Origin: Eledone cirrhosa
Taxonomy: Eukaryota
Assembly: GCA_964016885.1 (NCBI GenBank)
Contig: OZ024742.1
Coordinates: forward strand, 230,888,001-230,952,000
Reading direction: 5' to 3'
Length of the DNA: 64,000 nt
In this document: positions 56,032 through 64,000 of the stretch, one piece after another
Position numbering within the stretch: the stretch's first letter is position 1
How the letters are laid out: the number at the start of each line of letters is the position of its first letter
Notes under the pieces: model-generated
Told to the model about the DNA's origin: nothing
Databases searched by the model: none
What the model saw: only the letters and a program-made list of their open reading frames with translations
Position numbers and translations under genes: made by a program

Positions 56032-58242
56032 AGGTGTGTCTCTGTGTGTGGCTGAGTGAGAGAAGGTAATGTTGTAGTTACGTTGGATTGGAAGTATCCT
56101 TAGAGCGTTGGACGAAATGCTTTGTTGTACATCTTCTGATGAAAAAATATCCCAAGTGCGTCAACTGACAAAGAAGGGAGAAAATGGGAGAGAGAGCTTA
56201 GCCAAATATAACCAAATTTCATACTATTTTATTATTGTTTTGTGGAGTTAGGTGCTATATTTCAACTATATACTAGTAATTGTAATGGAACACTGGTCAG
56301 ATTTCTGTGAATTTTCTAACCTGAATATTAGGTCGTCACATTTCTTTCTATTTTGAGTACCATCTCAGCTGTGTAGTCAAAACATTTCTCGCTATTGGAT
56401 CTATTGAGTCGATGTCAAATAATTGACGTAAATTAAAGTAAGTATCCAAAAGCAATGACATTTCTTCATTCATTCTTTTCACAGAATCTTTCTAAGAACT
56501 AATCCATTAGCCTGTCCATTCATAGACTCCTGAATATTTCAATTCCTAAACATCAGTTGTACACTATCGAAATAAATTAAATTAACTTTACTTCAATACA
56601 CATTATCAGTCTTACTGCTCAAAATAGAAAGCTTAAACAAATGTTTCAGTTATGTGGAGGTTATTGTTAGTTAGAGCTATTTTATAGCAAAGATCATAAT
56701 CAGAGTTGGTGTACGACAAATAAAACAAATCTTAATACATGAGTAAAGTGATATATGATCTTTCTCTATCTGCGAAGCTATAGCAATATGTTAATGGTCA
56801 TGTTTAATGCACTTTTCAACATTTGTATGTATGGATTTCTATACTTAGAGCATTGGGTTCACAATCTTGGGGTGTGTGAGGGTGACTCTCGGATCGGTGT
56901 TGTGTTCTTCACCAAGAAACTTTTTTCCACGTTGCTTCAGATCAACCAGCTAGAGAAATGAATTACGACGTCACTGATCTCAAGTTGTATCCGCATTTAC
57001 CTTTCCTTTGGGCAACATCATATGTATGCATGTATGTATATATGTATGTATGTATGTATTTATGTAAGTTTCTTTCAGTGTAATTTAGACAATATCAACA
57101 AGATAATTATGCATCTATATATGTATGTGTTTCTGTCTAGGTGTAGATGTCATAGCATGTGTGAATCTGCACGTCTATAGTTATATCTGCTCATATACAT
57201 ATGTTTCTATATCTATACATGTATATATGCAATTATTACGTGCTAAATTTCCGGAAAACATATATGCATACGAGGCTGTTATATCAAGGATCGAAATTGG
57301 AACGAAGACCATTGGTCAAAACTGTGCAGTTTATTGTTACTCATGGTCGTTAGTCTCGTTGCTTATTTGACCAAAGCATAATAGCACACATCAATGAATA
57401 TTGATATTGTTATGGTCAAATTAATATTATAGTATATCACGATGTTGGCTAACCTTAGAGGTTTGTGTGTCGTTTAATAAATGATTGCTAAAGCAATTCC
57501 ATAGTTAAAGGTAGAGTGGAAAGATATTTCTTCTCTCGCTAAAACCCATGCCTCAAGAGAGCTCTAAAAAGATCTGTAGCCATATTGATCAGCTGTGTGT
57601 TAATTAAGCAATAGTTACCCGACTACATAGCTACACAGTTACTGCAGCAATCCCTTTTGTCGATGCAATAAAAAGGAGAACAATTCGCCATTAAACAAAT
57701 CTAAGCTCTCCGAAGAGGTTCTTCTAGACTGGAAACAATTGTTTCCTGTAGAGTGGATAGAATCTGGAGTAGCACACGTGAGTGAAAACAAATTGAAACA
57801 GGAAAAGAGACAATTATTAATAATACGAAAGAAGTGAACTGTAGAGAATACACAAATGGTTGTAAAAGCTGTCAAGTGAACCATTTTACAATAGGTTTCG
57901 TATGTCAACATATCGATATAGAGATACGATTAGTTAGAAAATGAAACAAAAATGTGGACAGAGCATGTGAGCGGAAAGTTTCATTTTCTAGGTGGGAGAT
58001 AACATTATTCATTTGGCAGATTGAGTTTTTCTGTTTTTGTGTGTGTGTTTCTTGTTTTGTTTTGTATTTTTAATAGAATCAGACAACCAAGAAGTTCAAT
58101 TAAAACTGTTTAGTTGGAAATACTGAAAACGAACTGCAGAAGTTCTCATAATTCAAGTAATCATAATTCAAATATAGTAGAATCGAACCTATTATGAGAC
58201 AGACAGATATAAAATATATAAACATATGTATGTGTGTGTATT

Positions 58243-58320
<78 letters not shown>

Positions 58321-58472
58321 GGTTAAGCAGAAATAATAAAATAACTGAACAAATGGCACAGTACATGGAAGGAATATATTAGTTTAACACTTGAAAAAGC
58401 AGGAAGAGAGTCTTAAGTCCTTCATCAGAAGAAAGAATGAGAAATGTTTTCAAAGTCCGGCAGTTGCAAGAA

Positions 58473-58512
58473 CGTTCTGACGAGAACCAATTGAGTTCGA
58501 AATGCATCGACG
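58473..58512 (+). ncRNA. type I minimal hammerhead motif
   Basis: CGTT-CTGACGA-GAAC CAATTGA GTTC-GAAA-T GC A-TC-GACG. Palindromic ATGCAT helix III; AUC triplet. Confidence 0.72.
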
Positions 58513-59628
58513 ATTGTCCCCCTTTCTTCTGCGGGGCACCACCTGGTGGTGTTAGCTACCAGTGTGTTATTCATAGCTATGGCTTTCTAAATGTTTATTT
58601 ATAAACATAGCGTATTTCTGTAGAAATACGAAATTCAAATACATATTTGTATACAACTATGTTCGAAGCTAAATCCTAATTCTATACTATATATATATAT
58701 TTCAATGGCTTGGCTACGTAAGATCCTGGCGACATCATCAGGCGCGTATTGCATACTTAGTTAATCAATAAAGAAATTACGGCAAACACAAACAGAAATG
58801 ATTCGGAAATGGTCTGCGAAGTAGGTATTATTGTTAACTAATTATGCAATACGAACCTGATAGTGTTGATATAATGTCATGTTCCCTGGGTGTTAAGAAA
58901 ACGCAGGAAAAGAATGACAATGGTTAGAGTTTTCTTCCTTACATTAAAGAGATACAGCTCGCCGTGAAACGGCACTTTAAGTGTTTTAAAGCATTTTTTA
59001 TATTTTTTCCCAAATGTGTATGTTCAAAAACGCACATTTTAAATCGCGTAATATGAGTTGTCTATCTAGTATTAAATCATGTGTATAATGTTATCATACT
59101 TATTCTCGTTGTATCTAATGAGAATCTGAGAATTTACTTTTTGTGTCTTCCATTGTTGTTGACTGTTATCTTGCTGCAGGAGAGAAGTCTTTTTTATTTG
59201 TATTGATAAAGAAGATATACAAATACGAAACAAATATCTAAGCACATTACTTATAAACCTGAAAAACAAATGAAACCTAATTACTGTATCTTGGGCTATA
59301 TTACATTAATTCCAATCTACTGTTGAGAATGCTTGTACTTAGCATTAAAGTCTCATAGCGGGTTCTAATATCAACAAAGATTTAAGAGAAAACCGGAAAC
59401 CCGTGTTGGGTTTAAATAATAAGTTGTAGGCGATATTTTAGGACAACTTACGTCATCTCTGTCTATAGAATGTAGCTGTTTGGAAGACACATATTCTAAT
59501 GATTATATCCAGCTACTCTGTCAACATACTGTTAAAATTTAGTTTTGCTAATTAACTTATTTATCGACAGATTATTGTTTAGTAAACAATCAACGATAAT
59601 AATACACCGTATTTATATATTTATATAT

Positions 59629-59690
59629 ACTCTTTTACTATTTTACCTGTTCCAGCCATCCGGCTGAGGCCATACTGGGGCACCGCCCTT
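59629..59690 (-). mobile_element. 3' tail of a family-2 SINE (or its partner LINE)
   Basis: Minus strand AAGGGCGGTGCCCCAGTATGGCCTCAGCC...TGGCTGGAACAGGTAAAATAGTAAAAGAG resembles the tail at ~23085-23135. Confidence 0.65.
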
Positions 59691-59692
59691 GG

Positions 59693-59730
59693 AAAAATAT
59701 GGAACGCTTCACGAATTTGCGTATCATCCT
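59693..59730 (-). pseudogene. U6: U6 snRNA 3'-terminal fragment (retrocopy)
   Basis: Minus strand AGGATGATACGCAAATTCGTGAAGCGTTCCATATTTTT versus the canonical U6 3' end AGGATGACACGCAAATTCGTGAAGCGTTCCATATTTTT: one mismatch in 38 nt. Confidence 0.93.
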
Positions 59731-60028
59731 ATTTGTATATATATATATATGTGTGTGTATGCTAGTGAGTATATCTTGTTCTCATATATAGTGTATCCAG
59801 AAATATATTGTTTATCTCATATGTATTTCCTATAAGATTATTTGGAGAAGATGTGCTTGCTATTTCTAACAGCTTTAGGGACCACATAGAATTTCCTTCG
59901 GCGGCTCGCGATTAAGACTCGTTTGTTTCTACACAGTGAGTTCAAATCCTGCCGAATTCAACTTTACCTTTCATTCAGTCGCATTTCATAATTAGAGTAC
60001 CTGTCCAGTTCTATTTTCTTTCATTCTC

Positions 60029-60084
<56 letters not shown>

Positions 60085-60154
60085 AACCGCTATCTCTCTC
60101 TCTTTCTAAACCGCTCTCACTCTCTCTCTCTCTCTAAACCTCTCTCTCTCTCAA

Positions 60155-60198
<44 letters not shown>

Positions 60199-60714
60199 TC
60201 TCTCTCTCTTCCTCTCTCTCTCTTCCTCTCTCTCTCTTGTCCTCTCTCTCTCTCTCTCTCTCTCTCTCGACCTCTCTCTCACTTGCCCTCTCTATGGAAG
60301 AAAGCGGCTGTGTTCAGACATGGAAGGTGATGGGCTTTTCCTGGCTTAAAGTGTCCAACACGCGTATATCAATACGGTGCCCCTGCGGCTCCATCAGGAG
60401 TTAAGGGACCACGGACAAAATACTTGGCGGAAACTATTTAAATTATTGCATTTTGTTATAGAATATTTTACTTCAATAAAATCTCCATTTGAAAACTATG
60501 CAAAACTTGGAAAAGATAATTAATATTTTAAATTATAATATAGAAGAAGACGTGTAATTGAGCAATTACCTAAATGTCATTCAGGAAGACAAACGCTTAC
60601 AATTCAGCAGTGATTCGTTTGAAACGCATCCATTACTCACCATTCGAGAAACGTAATTATCTACGTGACTCATCTCACTAGATCGTTTCAACTCCAATTG
60701 ATGCTGTCTAAGAC

Positions 60715-60805
<91 letters not shown>

Positions 60806-60875
60806 CTAGATAGATCGATAGATAGATAAATAGATAGGTAGATAGATAGATAGATAGATAGATGGAGAGAGAGAG

Positions 60876-60943
<68 letters not shown>

Positions 60944-60984
60944 CTACATATATATACAAAGAGAGGATGGGTAGATACATAGAT

Positions 60985-61345
60985 ATATTTCTTTAATTGC
61001 CACAAGGGCGCACAAGAAAAGGAGACAATGCAAGGACATGTGCTGGGGATTTTACATACAATCATGTAAAAAACTTTTAAATAAACAAGTTCAACAATCG
61101 AAATCCTCAATAGGGGGAGGCGTTACAAATGGGTTGTTTAATACCCCGTAGATAGAACATCACTCAACTCCAGGAGCGTGTTGTGCAAATTCTCCCTTCC
61201 TCCTTTTGCTCTCTTCTTCAACCTACAGGTTTATATACAGAGAAGGCCCAGTCACTCGGGCCATTTTTGCTACATTCACCCACCTTTCAGTAAATTTACT
61301 GGTGTGTATTGCCTCTCTCTCCACTCTGATTCTCCTTCTAAAGAA
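60985..61345 (-). mobile_element. L1/Tx1-like LINE 3' fragment (ORF2 C-terminus plus 3' UTR)
   Basis: FFRRRIRVEREAIHTSKFTERWVNVAKMARVTGPSLYINL* (stop 61223-61225), then a UTR ending GGCAATTAAAGAAA. Bounded by TAGA-type repeats. Confidence 0.6.
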
Positions 61346-62699
61346 GAGAAAAAGATAGATAGGTAGTTAGATATGTACATACATACCTATGTATGAATGT
61401 ATGTATGTATGTAAGTACATGCATATGTAAGTAGGGAGGTAAGTAGATACATACATACATACATACATACATACATACATACATACATACATACATACAT
61501 ACATACATACATACATACATACATACATACATACATACATACATAGATATGTACATCGATAGAAACAAAGCCATGCTGTAATCCTATTCCGAATTCGTTG
61601 ACAAACATCACTCTTTTACACAAATTCAATACTTTGAAGAAACTATCGCTACAAAATTCCCACTGTGAATACGTCGTTAGTTCTTTTATAGCAAGGCATG
61701 TGATAAGATTTCGTGTGCGATTGATCTTTTTGGTTTTTTTATGACATGCGGCCTTCTACTTTGATCTAATCATTAGCGTTAAGACTGAAGTTTCAAGGGA
61801 GAAAATTCAATGCGACCATAAGGTGGAATTAAACATTCCTACTACATGCCATAAATATGCAAGTCAAACAACTGCTAATGAAGTAGACACGTTCTTCAAC
61901 ATTAGCAGACTACAACTACCTTAAGAGCTAACCACTCAAAGAAAGCTTTATTTCTAATCCACACAACTACGGCCTACTGAACAAATATCTTATATTTTTC
62001 TTGGGAAATTACACAATGGTGTATAGTCTATTGTAATCTTCGAGGATTCAAAATGGCGAATTGTACGTAGCCAGTAAAATGATTTTAAAATTAATTTCAG
62101 TCTATTGTGGTCCCCATTCTTTACAATCACTACGATGCATTGTTAATAAGATTACATACTTGTATTCATTCCCTTTGGAATGAGATTACACAATCAGGCT
62201 TATGTTCGAAAACAAATTTGTTAGAAAAATATAGGAAAAGTATCTTTAAGATTTCTATCTAGTTAGAATCCCTAAAAGTGTTTCGACGAAAATATATGAG
62301 AGAAACAAAATTTATGTTGATATGATACAATCCGTAATCCCAAAGTTTTTTCTACTGTCCGTTTTAAAACTTTCTATAAAGTTACTCAAACATGTCTTAA
62401 ATACATTATTGAAATGACATAAATGTAGTTGCTTTCCTTCAATACATCTGACATAGATGTTTCACCCACTGACAACAGCCGTTAAGTTTCAGTTATAAAA
62501 TGTTTGTTATATGTCATATATGCACTTATGACCTACTGCTGGCTCCAGTTTTAAAGTAGTAAGCGAAGTGATTTTAAAAGAATTTCCACTGACATTTTTA
62601 CAGATATATCAGAAACTTAATATACAGAGGAAAAAGACTTCCATATTCTTCAAACGTCTAGTCTAGACATTTAGTACATCATAATTATATGTCACATTT

Positions 62700-62752
<53 letters not shown>

Positions 62753-62798
62753 CCTGAAAGCAGCGTTCTAAGTAAAGTGTATACATAGAAATAGTTTC

Positions 62799-62890
62799 GT
62801 TGCCTGAAGAGGCAAGGCGGGAAAAGAAAACTCCAGTCAGTTGGGACTATCATCGCAATTTCAAGAACGAAACTCCATTTAGTAGTGAAC
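62799..62890 (+). ncRNA. candidate type I hammerhead with extended domain II
   Basis: GTTGC-CTGAAGA-G...(~56 nt)...C-GAAA-CT CCATTT AG-TA-GTGAAC, ~55 bp downstream of a TA array. Helices I and II are weak. Confidence 0.45.
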
Positions 62891-64000
62891 AGCAAGCAAT
62901 GAATAAATCCCATGCCTCCTGGTTGATCCAAACTTTTTTACTGCGATATATAGAAGCACTTAACTCCATAATACACCATACAGTTCCAACACCATAATAG
63001 CAACTCTACTGTATTTTGTGAAGACACTTCACTCTGTATACATTACGTTACTGTTGTTGTTGCTGGGGATTTAACGCGTAAGTTGATTGGTTGACTGGTT
63101 GGTAGGTTTTTCACTGAATCAGTTCCAGATCAACTCTGGACGGGAAAACCGATTATAAAAGCATTCTAATCATAACTATCCTGTCTTTATTCGTGAGCTT
63201 GTGAATCAATGACTATATTATTCAATGCATTCTTTATTTTTAAAACGTTAGAATGTGTGATGTAAGCGAGATATAGCTGCGACATATAGCATGTCAAACA
63301 AGCCTGTAGAGACACCTATGGTGATTTGTATTTCATCGTTATATAATCCAAGGGACTTAGTGATCGGGGAAATTTAGTGACAGAGCAATGAACAGATTGC
63401 TAATTCAATAAATGTGAATTGAAATAAGTTTTATGAAGTAGACGGGGACTCCACAGCTTTGATTCCCACTTAAATCCTTCACGCTTCACTTATGTCAATA
63501 AATAATACGTTTGGGAACGAGTTATAATGTTACAAATGACAAGATACTGATGAAGTGCGGGAAAATCAGATTATCGCTACCTTTTACAGAACTATAGTCA
63601 GTGGAAACGAATAAAGCGACGCAAAAGAACCTACACCTTATTCTCATAACCTAATAAGTTGAGTTAAACAATAATCCTTTAATGATATTCTCACAACAAA
63701 ATGAGTTGAGTTAAACAATAAACCATATAGCATACACTTGTAAACAAATGAGTTAAAGGAATGATTTGAATAAAAAAGAGTAATTTAATCTTGTTGATAC
63801 CAAACTGATGAAACCGCCCCTTTTTCTATGACACAAAGCTGTTTATTTTAAACAATATATATTCATTTAAATGTCTTCCATTGTAACGTTATGTAACATT
63901 TGTTATGTTATGTTCCAAACAACAGCTTGATAAGATGAAAGTTTGTCACATTACTAAACTCTTTCAAAGATTTGATCATTTCCAAAATCAAGCCTACTGT

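Overview
This AT-rich, microsatellite-saturated animal DNA contains no confidently intact host gene. The SINE families and the density of (TA)n/(CA)n/(GA)n repeats point to an octopus-type cephalopod genome, an inference from recognising the repeats rather than from a search. Nearly all supplied ORFs are microsatellite artefacts. Real coding remnants are retrotransposon fragments: a Penelope-like (PLE) GIY-YIG endonuclease (~32500-32836, -), a CRE-type restriction-like endonuclease (~52840-53195, +), and Tx1/L1-like and RTE-like C-termini. The main signal is a dense set of short, mostly fold-back elements sitting in (TA)n arrays. They belong to many sequence-unrelated families that share a type I hammerhead ribozyme core (helix I - CUGANGA - helix II - GAAA - helix III - NUH - helix I'). 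About nine copies have intact-looking cores and many more are degenerate or truncated. Fold-back junctions repeatedly fall on ribozyme helices. A 5'-inverted PLE in the same context may supply the machinery. The window also holds tRNA-derived SINEs with TSDs, hAT and Tc1/pogo-type MITEs, a Helitron-like element and a U6-fragment/SINE-tail chimera.
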